64,000 bases of DNA from an uncultured Klebsiella sp. (GTDB taxonomy: Bacteria > Pseudomonadota > Gammaproteobacteria > Ga0077536), in NCBI GenBank assembly GCA_964555355.1, contig CAZKRY010000015.1, positions 52,455-116,454 of the forward strand, given 5' to 3'. A program made the position numbers and the translations under genes. Shown here piece by piece: positions 1 to 11,047 of the stretch. Numbering within the stretch: the first letter of the stretch is position 1; every line of letters begins with the position of its first letter. A model generated the notes under the pieces. It worked only from the letters and a program-made list of their open reading frames with translations, searched no databases and had not been told where the DNA came from.

Positions 1-807
1 TTGCTTGGCGAGGTCATTCAACACCGCTTTCAAGCGCTCTTCGAATTCGCCGCGGAATTTCGCACCCGCGATCAGCGCTCCCAAATCGAGCGACAACACG
101 CGCTTATTCTTCAATCCCTCCGGTACTTCTTGATTGACGATGCGCTGTGCCAGCCCCTCGACGATCGCGGTTTTGCCGACGCCGGGCTCGCCGATCAAGA
201 CGGGATTGTTCTTGGTACGCCGTTGTAGCACTTGAATCGTGCGCCGGATCTCTTCATCGCGGCCGATAACCGGATCAAGTTTGTCCTGCTCGGCACGGGC
301 GGTGAGATCGATGGTGTATTTGTCAAGCGCTTGGCGTGTTTCTTCGGCATTGGCATCGGTAACACGCTCGCCGCCCCGCAGGCTATCGATAGCTTGTTGA
401 ATCGCCTGCTCGCGGGCTCCAAGTTTTTTTAGGATCCGCCCAAGTTCGCCGGCATCTTGGACTGCCGCAAGCAAAAAAAGCTCGGATGAGATATAGGCGT
501 CGCTGCGCTTCTGCGCAAGCTTGTCGGTCAAGTTAAGTAGCCGCACTAAATCATTGGACGGATGCACGTCGCCGCTGATCCCTTCCACCTTTGGGAGGCG
601 GCCGAGCGCATCGTTGAGCAGACCTCGCAGCGCGTTGGCATCAATACCCGCTTTCGCCAACAATGGTTTGATGGTCCCGCCGTCTTGCTCGAGCAAAGTG
701 CTCATCAAGTGAATCGGTTCGATGAATTGATTATCGAGACCGAGCGCACGGCTCTGCGCTTCCGCCAGCGCGTGCTGAAATTTGGTCGTCATTTTGTCCG
801 GTCGCAT
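1..807 (-). CDS. clpB: ATP-dependent chaperone ClpB, 5' part (runs off the left edge)
   Basis: Manual minus-strand translation from ATG 807: [19 protein letters not shown]..., [12 protein letters not shown], Walker [29 protein letters not shown] at 817-820. Absent from the ORF track because it has no stop in the window. Confidence 0.96.
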   Translation of the reverse strand, partial: MRPDKMTTKFQHALAEAQSRALGLDNQFIEPIHLMSTLLEQDGGTIKPLLAKAGIDANALRGLLNDALGRLPKVEGISGDVHPSNDLVRLLNLTDKLAQKRSDAYISSELFLLAAVQDAGELGRILKKLGAREQAIQQAIDSLRGGERVTDANAEETRQALDKYTIDLTARAEQDKLDPVIGRDEEIRRTIQVLQRRTKNNPVLIGEPGVGKTAIVEGLAQRIVNQEVPEGLKNKRVLSLDLGALIAGAKFRGEFEERLKAVLNDLAKQ

Positions 808-844
808 CGTGTGCTGCTCCACAAAAGCATGTTGATAACGCGCT

Positions 845-873
845 ACATGGGGGCGCGTCGCGCGCGCTTCAAG
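845..873 (-). promoter_or_regulatory. sigma32 (RpoH) heat-shock promoter of clpB
   Basis: Minus strand reads CTTGAA-N15-CCCCATGT, matching the sigma32 consensus CTTGAA-N13-16-CCCCATNT, about 40 nt upstream of the clpB ATG. Confidence 0.88.
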
Positions 874-920
874 TACACGGCGGAACTGGCGTGATGCTTA
901 CGCGCGCGCGGCATGCACGA

Positions 921-934
921 TTGATCAGGATCAA
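921..934. promoter_or_regulatory. FNR/Anr/Dnr-type box
   Basis: TTGATCAGGATCAA is a perfect TTGAT-N4-ATCAA in the pgeF-clpB intergenic region. Confidence 0.55.
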
Positions 935-988
935 ACAGGGGCGTCGGTTGTCGGTCGCAGACTTTAGCGCCACTTACGCCGAGTTTGA

Positions 989-1744
989 TTATGTAAGCCA
1001 AATCAAACTCGCGAATCGACCCGTTACGCCGTCGCGTCGATGCGAAAAAAAGCGCGCCGGCTCACCCGCGGTACAACCTTGATACCGAGTTATGTCGTGC
1101 ACACCGGCCGCGCGCAGCTCAAGATCCGCCAGGGCGGCGAGATCAGCGAACACACGGGTGCCGACTTGCGTAAAGCATCCCGCGAAACGAGGCGACTTTC
1201 GGCAAAAGGCCGCGACGAAATCCGCTCGAACTTCGTAGCTCGCGACACTGATGCCGGGACCGATCCAGGCGAGCCATTCAGTGTGTTCCGGACCCGCGCT
1301 TCGCAACGCGCCGGGGACGATGCCGGCCAACAGTCCACGCCAACCCGCATGGATCGCGAGGATGCGTGAACCGTCTGTTGCGCAAGCGAGGATCGGCAAG
1401 CAATCGGCGGTGAGAATTGCGCAAACTACCCCTGGACGTGTTGCAAAACACGCATCCGCAGCCGGCGGCACGCGCCATTCTTCCGCTTCGACGGTGGTGG
1501 TGCCATGATGCTGCGCAAGCCAACTGGGAGCGGCCGGTAGGCGTAGCCGCGCGATAAGTCGCGCGCGGTTCTCCGCTACCGACTGGGGTGCGTCGCCGAC
1601 GTGAGTGGCAAGATTAAGGCTTGCAAATGGTCCCACGCTGACACCGCCGTTGCGCGTCGTGACACACGCATGCACACCGAGCGGCGCCGGCCAATGCGGT
1701 GTGATGACTTCAGTTTCCGTGGCCGGCATGGCGGCGCGCATCAT
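989..1744 (-). CDS. pgeF: Peptidoglycan editing factor PgeF / YfiH purine nucleoside phosphorylase family
   Basis: TTRNGGVS...LNLATHVGD, QHHG, TADCLPIL, IHAGWRG, FFSHRR motifs; canonical position between rluD and clpB. Confidence 0.93.
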   Translation of the reverse strand: MMRAAMPATETEVITPHWPAPLGVHACVTTRNGGVSVGPFASLNLATHVGDAPQSVAENRARLIARLRLPAAPSWLAQHHGTTTVEAEEWRVPPAADACFATRPGVVCAILTADCLPILACATDGSRILAIHAGWRGLLAGIVPGALRSAGPEHTEWLAWIGPGISVASYEVRADFVAAFCRKSPRFAGCFTQVGTRVFADLAALADLELRAAGVHDITRYQGCTAGEPARFFSHRRDGVTGRFASLIWLT

Positions 1745-2687
1745 CCCGTAGTAAACGAACCAAGCGCGCCAGATCGCTCGGCAATGCGCTTCTGACCTTA
1801 ATTTCGTCGCCGGAGTCCGGGTGGCTGAAGGTAAGTCGCTTGGCGTGTAAGGCTTGACGCGACGCGTTTGACAACAAACTTTGCAGCGTCGGCGAAAAGG
1901 AGGCTAAGCGACGTTGCGCCGTGCCGTAAGCCGGATCGCCCACCAACGGATAACCGAGGTGCTGTAAATGAACCCTGATTTGATGAGTGCGGCCGGTCTC
2001 GAGCTTGAGTTCCAACTGGGCGTGCTCGCGAAAACGCGTCACCACGCGATAATGCGTCGCGGCCGCGCGGCCGCGATGCGTGACCCGCATTTTGGTGCGT
2101 TGAACACGGTCGCGCCCGATCGGCGCTTCAATGCTGCCGTCGCCCGTCGGGATCCCTTGCACGATGGCCGCATAAATGCGCTCGATGGCGCGCGCGGCCA
2201 TCTGTTCGGTAAGCCGGTGATAGGCAACTTGCGTGCGCGCGACGAGTAGCAGCCCTGAGGTATCTTTATCCAACCGATGCACGAGGCCGGCGCGGGGTAA
2301 GGACGCAAGTTCCGGAAAGCGGAATAACAAACCGTTAACCAGCGTGTGGCGTGGATTTCCGGCACCGGGATGCACCACGAGGCCCGCGGGCTTGTCGACC
2401 ACCAGTACGTCGTCGTCCTCGTAACTTAAGGCAAACGGCAAATCTTCCGCCGGCGCATGTTCTTCGATGGTTTCGGCGACGCGCAACTCTAGGCGATCAC
2501 CGCTAAACACCGGGTGGCGCGGCTTAACAATTTCCACGCCGTTCAGCCGCAGTTGACCTCGTTCGATAAACGATTTGAGGGCGGTGCGTGAGTAGTCGCT
2601 GCACAATTCCGCGAGCGCGCCGTCAAGCCGGCGTCCGCTCAGATGCGGGGGCACGGCGAGATCGAATAGGCGCTCGGAAGTGGTCAT
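1710..2687 (-). CDS. rluD: 23S rRNA pseudouridine synthase RluD
   Basis: S4 domain (RLDGALAEL), VDKPAGLVVHPG, HRLDKDTSG catalytic motif, TGRTHQIRVH. Start moved to ATG 2687 (MTTSERL) from the track's 2873. Confidence 0.95.
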   Translation of the reverse strand: MTTSERLFDLAVPPHLSGRRLDGALAELCSDYSRTALKSFIERGQLRLNGVEIVKPRHPVFSGDRLELRVAETIEEHAPAEDLPFALSYEDDDVLVVDKPAGLVVHPGAGNPRHTLVNGLLFRFPELASLPRAGLVHRLDKDTSGLLLVARTQVAYHRLTEQMAARAIERIYAAIVQGIPTGDGSIEAPIGRDRVQRTKMRVTHRGRAAATHYRVVTRFREHAQLELKLETGRTHQIRVHLQHLGYPLVGDPAYGTAQRRLASFSPTLQSLLSNASRQALHAKRLTFSHPDSGDEIKVRSALPSDLARLVRLLRDDARRHAGHGN

Positions 2688-2883
2688 TCGCGCAGTGTAC
2701 CAGTGCGCGCTCGCCTGGACGCGGGCGCTAGCAAGGCCAATGTCGTTAGGCGCACGCCGTGCCTGGCTTCCAAGGTACGGTTCATGTGCCCGCCTGATGT
2801 GTAGAATGGCGGGCCGGGCGCCGACTTGGCTTGCGTGCCTGGCTTCGCGTCCACCAACCCACTTGAATATCAAGACTAGCGAT

Positions 2884-3678
2884 ATGTGTCTGCGTGAACT
2901 TTACAAAGTACTGATTCTCTGTGTTGTCGCCGCGGCATTAGCGGGCTGCGGTTTGTGGCCGGAGAAAGATCCGGAGGATTTGCCGGAGAACTGGCCGGAG
3001 GACAAGCTTTATTTTGCGGCGAAAGATCGCATGGAACAGGGCTCATGCCAGAGTGCGGTGGAGTATTACGAGCGCTTGCAATCGCGTTATCCGTTTGGTG
3101 CATACGCCGCACAGTCGCAAATCGAACTCGCCTACTGCCAATACAAATCCGATGACGGCGCAAGCGCCATTACCACGATCGATCGATTTTTAAAGCTAAA
3201 TCCAACGCATCCGCACACCGATTACGCGTTCTATCTGCGTGGTCTGGTCAACGTCAATCTAGATATGGGATTGACCGCGCGCTATTTGCCGCGCGATCCC
3301 TCGCAGCGCGATCCCGGGGCATCGCTGCAGGCGTTTAACGATTTCTCGGAATTGATTCGGCGTTTTCCCGAAAGCCGATATGTCAGCGACGCACAACAAC
3401 GGATGCGCCATCTGCGGAACGTACTTGCCCAGCATGAAGTTAATGTCGCCAACTTTTACATGCGGCGGGGGGCGTTCGTCGCGGCCGCCAATCGCGCGCG
3501 TTACGTCATCGAAAACTACCAACAAACACCGGCGATGCCGGAGGCATTGGTGCTCCTTGCGAAGTCGTACAAAGTGTTGGAACTCACCGATTTATCGGAT
3601 GACACATTGCGGGTGTTGGAACTCAATTACCCCAATCACCCTGGGATCGAGGAAGTCAAACGTACGCGGGTCAATTAA
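2884..3678 (+). CDS. bamD: Outer membrane protein assembly factor BamD (lipoprotein)
   Basis: Lipobox LAGC, TPR-like helices, YPFGAYA, RFLKLNPTHP, RFPESRY; divergent from rluD. Start moved to ATG 2884. Confidence 0.95.
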   Translation: MCLRELYKVLILCVVAAALAGCGLWPEKDPEDLPENWPEDKLYFAAKDRMEQGSCQSAVEYYERLQSRYPFGAYAAQSQIELAYCQYKSDDGASAITTIDRFLKLNPTHPHTDYAFYLRGLVNVNLDMGLTARYLPRDPSQRDPGASLQAFNDFSELIRRFPESRYVSDAQQRMRHLRNVLAQHEVNVANFYMRRGAFVAAANRARYVIENYQQTPAMPEALVLLAKSYKVLELTDLSDDTLRVLELNYPNHPGIEEVKRTRVN

Positions 3679-3687
3679 TTGCCGCTT

Positions 3688-5322
3688 TTACAAATCCTGT
3701 TCGGTATAGCGTGAGGTAATCGGAAAGCGTCGGTCGCGCCCGAATGCGCGCTGCGTAATCCGCACCCCAGGCGCCGCTTGTCGGCGTTTGTACTCGTTGC
3801 GATCCACCATACCGGCGACGCGTTTCACGGTGGCCAGATCGAAGCCGCGCGCGGCGATTTCCTGTGGCGTCTGATCATGCTCGATGTAGAGTTCAAGGAT
3901 GGGGTCGAGCACTTCGTACGGCGGCAAACTATCCGAGTCCTTTTGTTCCGGACGCAATTCAGCGGAGGGCGGACGCTCGATGACGCGCCGGGGAATGATT
4001 TCTTGCGCGCGATTGCGCCACTCGGCTAAGCGGTAGACCAGGAGTTTTGGGCAATCCTTGAGCGGTGCGAAACCGCCGGCCATATCGCCGTAAAGGGTCG
4101 CGTAACCGACCGACATTTCGCTCTTGTTGCCGGTGGTCAGCACCATGCGGCCAGTTTTGTTGGAGATCGCCATCAAAATAACGCCGCGGCAGCGAGCTTG
4201 GATGTTTTCTTCGGTGACATCCGGGTCGCGTGCGCCGAATACGGGTGCTAACACATCCGTAAACGCGGTAAACGGCGCTTCGATCGGTACCACGTGGCAC
4301 TCGCAACCCTGCGCGCGAGCCTGTGTAAGCGCATCATCAATACTCATTTGCGCTGTGTAGCGCGAGGGCATGGAGACCGCGGTGACATTCGCGGCGCCTA
4401 AGGCGTCGACGGCGATCGCGAGTGTCAACGCTGAATCAATCCCGCCGGATAAGCCAAGCACCGCGCCTTTGAAGCGATTTTTCTCGACATAGTCACGGAC
4501 GCCGAGCACGAGTGCGCGATAGATATTTTCGTCACCCTCGAGCGGTGCCGAGTTGGCGCCGGAAAACGTTAATCCGTGGGATGTGCGACTCACCTCGACG
4601 GTGAGTAGCGCTTCTTCAAATTCGGGACCTTGGCAGACCACTTCGCCATTGGCGTTCATAACGAGCGAACCGCCGTCGAACACCAATTCGTCTTGCCCAC
4701 CCACCAAATTTAAGTATACAACCGGCAACCCACTCGCGGAGACGGCTTCCCGTAGCGCCGCAATACGCATGCCGCGTTTGCCGACACTATAGGGCGAGGC
4801 ATTGATGTTGAGTACAAGATCGGCGCCGGCGGCGCGCGCGTTGACCGCAGTCACCGGATCCCAGATGTCTTCGCAGATACTGAGACCGCATTCGAACGTA
4901 GCGTGCGCAAACACACAGGCGCTGTCGCCGGCGAGGAAATAACGTTTCTCGTCGAACACCGCGTAATTCGGAAGTCGCTGTTTGTGATAGCTCGCGCGGA
5001 GCGCACCGTTCGTATAAACATGCGCGGCATTGAACACGCCTTGCAGCGTTGACTCGGGGTATCCAACGAGTGCGGTGATGCCTTCGCTTGCCGCGCGCAC
5101 GCGCTCGAGCGCGGTGTTGACTCGTCGATATAACCCGGGTCGGAATAACAAGTCTTCCGGCGGGTATCCGGTCAACGCGAGTTCGGGGAACGCAATGAGT
5201 TGAGCACCCAGTTCATCACGCGCGCGGCGGCACGCGGCCATCATTTTGGCCGCGTTGCCATCGATGTCGCCCACACAGAAATTGAGTTGGGCGAGGGCGA
5301 GTCGCAGCGTCGCGCCCGTCAC
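3688..5322 (-). CDS. nadE: Glutamine-dependent NAD+ synthetase
   Basis: N-terminal nitrilase domain ([20 protein letters not shown]) plus synthetase domain ([36 protein letters not shown]). Confidence 0.95.
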   Translation of the reverse strand: MTGATLRLALAQLNFCVGDIDGNAAKMMAACRRARDELGAQLIAFPELALTGYPPEDLLFRPGLYRRVNTALERVRAASEGITALVGYPESTLQGVFNAAHVYTNGALRASYHKQRLPNYAVFDEKRYFLAGDSACVFAHATFECGLSICEDIWDPVTAVNARAAGADLVLNINASPYSVGKRGMRIAALREAVSASGLPVVYLNLVGGQDELVFDGGSLVMNANGEVVCQGPEFEEALLTVEVSRTSHGLTFSGANSAPLEGDENIYRALVLGVRDYVEKNRFKGAVLGLSGGIDSALTLAIAVDALGAANVTAVSMPSRYTAQMSIDDALTQARAQGCECHVVPIEAPFTAFTDVLAPVFGARDPDVTEENIQARCRGVILMAISNKTGRMVLTTGNKSEMSVGYATLYGDMAGGFAPLKDCPKLLVYRLAEWRNRAQEIIPRRVIERPPSAELRPEQKDSDSLPPYEVLDPILELYIEHDQTPQEIAARGFDLATVKRVAGMVDRNEYKRRQAAPGVRITQRAFGRDRRFPITSRYTEQDL

Positions 5323-6197
5323 TTACCGCCCATGACACGGAGCATCGTCGTGCCTAATTCAGCCGGCGAATCGACCGTGTGCACACCGGCTTTCTGCAGC
5401 GCCGCGTATTTGTCCGCGGCGGTACCTTTGCCGCCGGCGATAATGGCGCCGGCATGACCCATACGCTTACCCGGCGGCGCGGTGACGCCAGCGATGTAAC
5501 CGACGACTGGTTTGCGCACATGCTGCGCGATAAACGCCGCGGCGTCTTCTTCCGCCGAGCCGCCGATCTCACCGACCATGATGATGCCTTCGGTTTGCGG
5601 ATCGGCTTCGAACAGGCGCAAGCAGTCGATGAAGTTCATGCCTTGAATCGGATCGCCACCAATGCCCACGCAGGTACTTTGGCCGAGATTCGCGCGTGTG
5701 GTTTGATGGACCGCTTCGTAGGTGAGGGTTCCGGAACGCGAGACGATGCCAATTTTGCCGGGACGGTGAATGGCGGCCGGCATGATGCCCATTTTGCATT
5801 CGCCCGGGGTAATGACCCCAGGGCAGTTCGGGCCGATGAGATAGACGTCCGGATGATTGGCTAGCATGGCTTTCACTTTGAGCATATCCAACACCGGAAT
5901 GCCTTCGGTGATGCAGGCGATAATCTTGACCCCGCCATCGACCGCTTCGGCGATTGCATCGGCAGCATACGGCGGCGGCACAAAAATCATGCTGGCATTC
6001 GCGCCGGTGGCGCTGACCGCCGCGTGTACCGTATCGAAAATCGGTCGCTCCAAGTGCTTGCTGCCACCGCGACCGGGTGTCACTCCACCGACCAACTGCG
6101 TGCCGTAGGCGATGGCTTGTTCCGCGTGAAAGGTGCCCTGCTTACCCGTGAAGCCCTGCACGATGACGCGGGTATTTTTGTTGATGAGGATCGACAT
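5319..6197 (-). CDS. sucD: Succinyl-CoA synthetase alpha subunit
   Basis: [33 protein letters not shown] (phospho-His). Confidence 0.97.
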   Translation of the reverse strand: MSILINKNTRVIVQGFTGKQGTFHAEQAIAYGTQLVGGVTPGRGGSKHLERPIFDTVHAAVSATGANASMIFVPPPYAADAIAEAVDGGVKIIACITEGIPVLDMLKVKAMLANHPDVYLIGPNCPGVITPGECKMGIMPAAIHRPGKIGIVSRSGTLTYEAVHQTTRANLGQSTCVGIGGDPIQGMNFIDCLRLFEADPQTEGIIMVGEIGGSAEEDAAAFIAQHVRKPVVGYIAGVTAPPGKRMGHAGAIIAGGKGTAADKYAALQKAGVHTVDSPAELGTTMLRVMGGK

Positions 6198-7363
6198 TAC
6201 TTGGCTCCCTTGACCGCGGCGACCGCCTTACGTGCGGCATCGCCCAAGTCTTCCGCGCTGGTGATCGCAAGGCCGCTACTCGCGAGCATGCTTTTCCCTT
6301 CGTTGACATTGGTGCCCTCGAGCCGGACAACCACCGGTACGTTCACGCCCACTTCCTTGACGGCTTTGATGATGCCGGTGGCGATTAGATCACAGCGCAC
6401 GATGCCGCCGAAAATGTTGACCAAAATGGCTTTCACTTTGGGATCCGAGCAAATGATCTTGAAAGCTTCGGCCACGCGTTCAGCGGTGGTGCCGCCGCCA
6501 ACATCCAAGAAATTGGCCGGCTCGCCGCCGGATAATTTAATGATGTCCATGGTCGCCATTGCCAAGCCCGCGCCATTGACCATACAGGCGATATTACCGT
6601 CGAGCGTGACGTAGTTCAGATCGAACTCTTTGGCGCGTCGTTCTTTTTCATCTTCCTGACTGGCATCGCGCCAGTCCGCGATGGATTGTCGGTACAGGGC
6701 GTTGTCGTCCACATTAATTTTGCCATCGAGCGCGGCCAGACTGCCATCTTGCAAAATCGCGAGCGGATTGATTTCCACCAGGCTCAGATCTTTGTCAATG
6801 AACAGTCGATACAAACCTTTGAGAATAACCGCGAGCTGTTTACGCTGCGTTTCATCAAGGTCGAGCGCGAAGCCCAGACGGCGCGTTTGAAAGTCTTGTA
6901 GACCGAGAACAGGGTCTACTTTCACCGTAAATATTTTCTCCGGCGTGGTGGCGGCAACTTCCTCGATGTCCATACCACCGGCCCGCGAAGCCATGAAGGT
7001 CACGCGCTTTGTCGCGCGGTCGACCAAGGCGCCTAGGTAGAGTTCGTGGGCGATTTGCGCGGCACTATCGATGAGTACACAGTTGATGGGTTGTCCTTGC
7101 GGTCCGGATTGTTTGGTGACCAATTGGGTGCCAAGCAAGGCCTGCGCAGCCGCTTTGACTTCGTCCAGGCTGCGGACGAACTTGACGCCACCGGCCTTGC
7201 CGCGACCGCCGGCATGCACCTGCGCCTTGACCAGCCAGGCCGCGCCGCCGAGCGTCGTGGCATGCGCGACCGCCTCGGCGGCACTCGTGGCGGGCTTGCC
7301 GGGTAGCACCCGGATCCCGTAGTCGGCGAACAATTGCTTCGCCTGGTATTCATGGAGATTCAT
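6197..7363 (-). CDS. sucC: Succinyl-CoA synthetase beta subunit
   Basis: [48 protein letters not shown]. Confidence 0.97.
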   Translation of the reverse strand: MNLHEYQAKQLFADYGIRVLPGKPATSAAEAVAHATTLGGAAWLVKAQVHAGGRGKAGGVKFVRSLDEVKAAAQALLGTQLVTKQSGPQGQPINCVLIDSAAQIAHELYLGALVDRATKRVTFMASRAGGMDIEEVAATTPEKIFTVKVDPVLGLQDFQTRRLGFALDLDETQRKQLAVILKGLYRLFIDKDLSLVEINPLAILQDGSLAALDGKINVDDNALYRQSIADWRDASQEDEKERRAKEFDLNYVTLDGNIACMVNGAGLAMATMDIIKLSGGEPANFLDVGGGTTAERVAEAFKIICSDPKVKAILVNIFGGIVRCDLIATGIIKAVKEVGVNVPVVVRLEGTNVNEGKSMLASSGLAITSAEDLGDAARKAVAAVKGAK

Positions 7364-7490
7364 CTAATCAGCTCCCATTGCGTGGTCATCACTCACCGCC
7401 CGCGAAATTCCTTAAGACCACCCCCAGGCCCGACGCAACCGCGCGGCTTGTTCGAGGGTGAGATAGTGGCGAATATAGCGGCCTTGTCGG

Positions 7491-7511
7491 CGATAACTGT
7501 GCGCGTTATCG
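7491..7511. promoter_or_regulatory. Perfect 7-7-7 palindrome, candidate operator between divergent sucC and the pilSR operon
   Basis: CGATAAC-tgtgcgc-GTTATCG in the intergenic region; no cognate regulator identified. Confidence 0.3.
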
Positions 7512-7609
7512 ACGCGCGCTAGGCGCGCGACCGCCGCCGCACTATATCGGATAGCCGCACCGGAATGAACGCCGGCGGGGGCTTGGAACATAGATTGAGG
7601 ATGTAAAAA

Positions 7610-7810
7610 GTGGGCCGAACGTTGCTTGTTATCGTGTTGCTGTGGGCGGCCGTCGTGCTTTATCGCCGTTGGCGGCAACCGCCCCCGACAAAGGGGCAGG
7701 CGCTTGAAGGCAAACTTATACAGTGCGCCGAATGCGGTGTTTACCTGCCTGAAAAAGACGCGGTAGCGCGGCTCGATCGATCGCTTGTTTGTGCGCACCA
7801 TAGCCGGTGA
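7610..7810 (+). CDS. PP0621-family small membrane-anchored Cys-containing protein
   Basis: N-terminal TM helix then CAECGVYLP...CAHH; overlaps the pilS start, the usual position for this family. Confidence 0.75.
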   Translation: MGRTLLVIVLLWAAVVLYRRWRQPPPTKGQALEGKLIQCAECGVYLPEKDAVARLDRSLVCAHHSR

Positions 7811-9435
7811 ACGAACGCACCGTGGCGCGCGCCGAACCTAATCCAAAACGGCCGATTTCGCCCACCGTATGGCGCGCCTGGCGCCTGTTTAATCTGTATC
7901 GGATTGTGATTGCGGGCCTGTTCGTCACGCTTGGTGCGAGCGGGCGCTTGCCGCCGATGTTTCTCAAAGTCGATCTGAAGGTGTTGTCTTGGTCAGCCTC
8001 GCTGTATCTGCTCGCCGCGATCGTCATGCAGTTCGGCATCGATCGACGGGCGTTAAGTTTTACCGCGGCACGCAATATTTTGGTGTTAGTCGATATCGCG
8101 GCACTTACCGTCTTTGTGCATGCGAGCGGCGGTGCCGCTGGCGGTTTTGGAATTTTGTTGGTGGTTGCCATCGCCGGCGCCTGTCTCGTCGCAAGTACTC
8201 GCGCGGGAATTTTCTTCTCGGCGCTTGCGACCTTGTCGATACTCGTCGAAACCGTTTATGGCAGCTTGTATCTCGATTATTCAACCGCGAGTTACACCCA
8301 AGCGGGATTACTGGGCGCCGTGCTGTTTGTTACCGGCATACTCGCCACCACCTTGGCGGAGCAAGCGCGCCGTAGCGAAGCACTCGCCGCCGATCGCGCA
8401 GTCGCCATCGCGCGGCTCTCTCGTCTTAACGAACTTATCGTCGAGCGCATGCGCTCGGGCATCATTGTGCTCAATGACCAGCACACCCCTTTATTGCGTA
8501 ACGAGTCCGCGCGGCGCTTTTTGGCGGCGTCTAGCGGCGAGCTAGCGGCGGCGGATAGCGCTTATCTTGACGCGGCGATACTACGCGCACGCGCGGAGTG
8601 GGAAGGCGCCGGTGAGAATCGCAAAACGCCTATCAAACTCGACAGCGGCGCCGACGTTATCGTGTCCTTTACCAGCTTGGGTGAGGGCGCGACCAGCGGA
8701 ACCTTGGTGTTTTTGGAAGATGCCGCCGAGATGCAACAGCGCGCGCAGCAGATTAAATTGGCATCGCTGGGCCGGCTCACTGCGAGCATCGCGCATGAGA
8801 TCAGAAATCCCTTGAGCGCGATAACCAACGCCGGCCAGTTAATGGCGGAGTCTACCGAGCTGCCGCCGGCCGATCGGCGGTTGGTGCAGATTGTCGTCGA
8901 ACACGCCGGGCGTGTTAACGAGGTTATCAAGAATGTCATGATGATCGGACGGCGCGATTCCGCGGTTAGCGAAAGCTTTGCGTTTCCCGCATGGCTCGAG
9001 AAGTTCGTCCACGAAGTTCGTGAGCGCTTTGATTTGCGTGAGGATGAAGTTATCTGTGAGAAACTGGCGGCGGACATTACCGTGCGCATGGATAAGAGCC
9101 AGTTGAATCAAGTGCTGTGGAACCTATGTGAGAATGGCTTGCGTTATAGCCAAGGCATGCCGAAACTTAGGCTGGTATGCGGCGTGCATGCGGTATCGCA
9201 GCGGCCTTTCGTGGATGTGATTGATACAGGACGAGGCATGTCATCAGAGATCGCGGAACAAGTCTTCGAACCTTTTTTTACCGGCGAGCAAACCGGGACC
9301 GGACTCGGGCTCTACATCGCGCGTGAACTGTGCGAGGCGAATCAAGCGAGCCTGACGTTACAGGCGCACGGTGCCGAAGGGTGCCGATTTCGCGTGTTGT
9401 TCGCCCATCCTGACCGCCAGCAGTTGAGTACATAA
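7807..9435 (+). CDS. pilS: Two-component sensor kinase PilS
   Basis: Multiple N-terminal TM helices, H-box AHEIRNPL, HATPase (NLCENG, DTGRGM, GTGLGLYI); upstream of pilR and pilA. Confidence 0.9.
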   Translation: MNERTVARAEPNPKRPISPTVWRAWRLFNLYRIVIAGLFVTLGASGRLPPMFLKVDLKVLSWSASLYLLAAIVMQFGIDRRALSFTAARNILVLVDIAALTVFVHASGGAAGGFGILLVVAIAGACLVASTRAGIFFSALATLSILVETVYGSLYLDYSTASYTQAGLLGAVLFVTGILATTLAEQARRSEALAADRAVAIARLSRLNELIVERMRSGIIVLNDQHTPLLRNESARRFLAASSGELAAADSAYLDAAILRARAEWEGAGENRKTPIKLDSGADVIVSFTSLGEGATSGTLVFLEDAAEMQQRAQQIKLASLGRLTASIAHEIRNPLSAITNAGQLMAESTELPPADRRLVQIVVEHAGRVNEVIKNVMMIGRRDSAVSESFAFPAWLEKFVHEVRERFDLREDEVICEKLAADITVRMDKSQLNQVLWNLCENGLRYSQGMPKLRLVCGVHAVSQRPFVDVIDTGRGMSSEIAEQVFEPFFTGEQTGTGLGLYIARELCEANQASLTLQAHGAEGCRFRVLFAHPDRQQLST

Positions 9436-9441
9436 CACGAC

Positions 9442-10770
9442 ATGACACATCAAGCGCTGATCGTGGACGATGAGCCGGCGATTCGCGAATTGGTCGCGAT
9501 TACGCTTGGTCGTATGAATATCGAATGTGTCCTGGCTGCGGATCTCAAATCCGCCAAAGAGGCCTTACAGACTCAACATTTTGATATTTGTTTGACTGAT
9601 ATGCGTTTGCCGGATGGCAACGGCCTTGAACTCATTACCCACATTCAAGCCCTGTATCCTAATGTCCCGGTCGCGATGATTACCGCGCATGGCAACATGG
9701 AATCGGCCATTCAAGCTTTGAAAGCGGGCGCATTCGATTTCGTCAACAAGCCGGTGGATATCAGCGATCTGCGGCGGCTCGTGGCGCAGGCCATCAAAGT
9801 CGGTGAAACGAAACCCGCGCCGCTTACCGCGCGGCGTCTCATCGGGCGGTCGCCGGCGATTAAACAACTACATGAAACCATCGCCAAGGTGGCGCGCAGC
9901 CAGGCGCCTGTTTATATCAGCGGCGAGTCGGGTACCGGTAAGGAACTCGTCGCACGTTTGATCCATGAACAAGGCCCGCGCGCGGCGCAAGCCTTTGTCC
10001 CAGTAAACTGCGGGGCGATCCCAAGTGAATTAATCGAAAGCGAACTGTTTGGACACACCAAAGGCAGCTTCACCGGTGCGGTGGCGGATAAACAAGGCCT
10101 GTTTCAGGCCGCCAATGGCGGCACGCTATTTTTGGACGAAGTCGCCGATCTGCCGTTGCAAATGCAAGTGAAGTTGCTCCGGGCGATCCAAGAGAAGAGT
10201 GTGCGCCGGGTCGGCGCGCAACAAGAGGAATCGATCGATTGCCGGATATTGTCGGCCACGCATCAATCGTTGGCGGATTTAGTCGAGGCCGGGCGCTTTC
10301 GCCAGGATCTTTATTACCGCATCAACGTCATTGAACTTAAAGTTCCTCCGCTGCGCGCGCGCGGCGACGACATCATGGTGCTCGCGGAATACCTGCTCGA
10401 ACGTTTGAGCGAAGGCGCCGGCGTCGCCTACGTATTGGCGGATTCGGCGCGTCAGGCGTTGCTTGGCTATCGCTTTCCCGGCAACGTGCGTGAACTCGAA
10501 AATATCCTCGAGCGCGCGGTTACCCTCTGTGAAGGCCACTCCATTCAGGCGCCTGACCTGCGCCTACCGCTGCTCAGCGAAAACCAAGAAGAAGCTGGGG
10601 ATAAACTATCCGATACCGGCGAATTACAAATCTATTTGGACGATGTGGAACGCAAACGGATTACCGATGCGTTGGAAAAGACTCGCTGGAACAAAACCCA
10701 AGCCGCGAAGCTCCTAGGGATAAGCTTTCGTGCGCTGCGCTACCGCCTGGAAAAGCTGGGCATCGACTGA
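9442..10770 (+). CDS. pilR: sigma54-dependent response regulator PilR
   Basis: Receiver domain, AAA+ GESGTGKE, GSFTGA loop, C-terminal HTH ISFRALRYRLEKLG. Confidence 0.93.
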   Translation: MTHQALIVDDEPAIRELVAITLGRMNIECVLAADLKSAKEALQTQHFDICLTDMRLPDGNGLELITHIQALYPNVPVAMITAHGNMESAIQALKAGAFDFVNKPVDISDLRRLVAQAIKVGETKPAPLTARRLIGRSPAIKQLHETIAKVARSQAPVYISGESGTGKELVARLIHEQGPRAAQAFVPVNCGAIPSELIESELFGHTKGSFTGAVADKQGLFQAANGGTLFLDEVADLPLQMQVKLLRAIQEKSVRRVGAQQEESIDCRILSATHQSLADLVEAGRFRQDLYYRINVIELKVPPLRARGDDIMVLAEYLLERLSEGAGVAYVLADSARQALLGYRFPGNVRELENILERAVTLCEGHSIQAPDLRLPLLSENQEEAGDKLSDTGELQIYLDDVERKRITDALEKTRWNKTQAAKLLGISFRALRYRLEKLGID

Positions 10771-10786
10771 CCTTGGCGTTTGCAAT

Positions 10787-10817
10787 GTGACGCGGAACGT
10801 CACTTTGTGACCGGTCA
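10787..10817. promoter_or_regulatory. Candidate PilR upstream activator sequences
   Basis: GTGACG-N5-CGTCAC (10787-10803) followed by palindromic TGACCGGTCA (10808-10817), about 100 bp upstream of the sigma54 promoter. Confidence 0.5.
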
Positions 10818-10918
10818 ATTGCCCTTTCCCATCAAGTTCCAGCGTCTAAACCCGCCTCAGGCCCTCTCATTAGGGGGTAAACCGTGAAGCGACGCACAAC
10901 ATATCTGCGGATTAAAGT

Positions 10919-10934
10919 TGGCACGCTTGATGCT
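10919..10934 (+). promoter_or_regulatory. sigma54 (-24/-12) promoter of pilA
   Basis: TGGCACGCTTGATGCT has GG-N10-GC spacing, sits next to a sigma54 activator gene and upstream of pilA. Confidence 0.85.
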
Positions 10935-11047
10935 CGCTATATACGCAACGCGCTGCCGGGCTCGCTCGACGGTGTGGGATTAAAGGCAATCGAGCCGCAA
11001 CACCTAAAGCGCGGTCCGAGTGAATGTTAACTATAGGAGAGTAAGTC

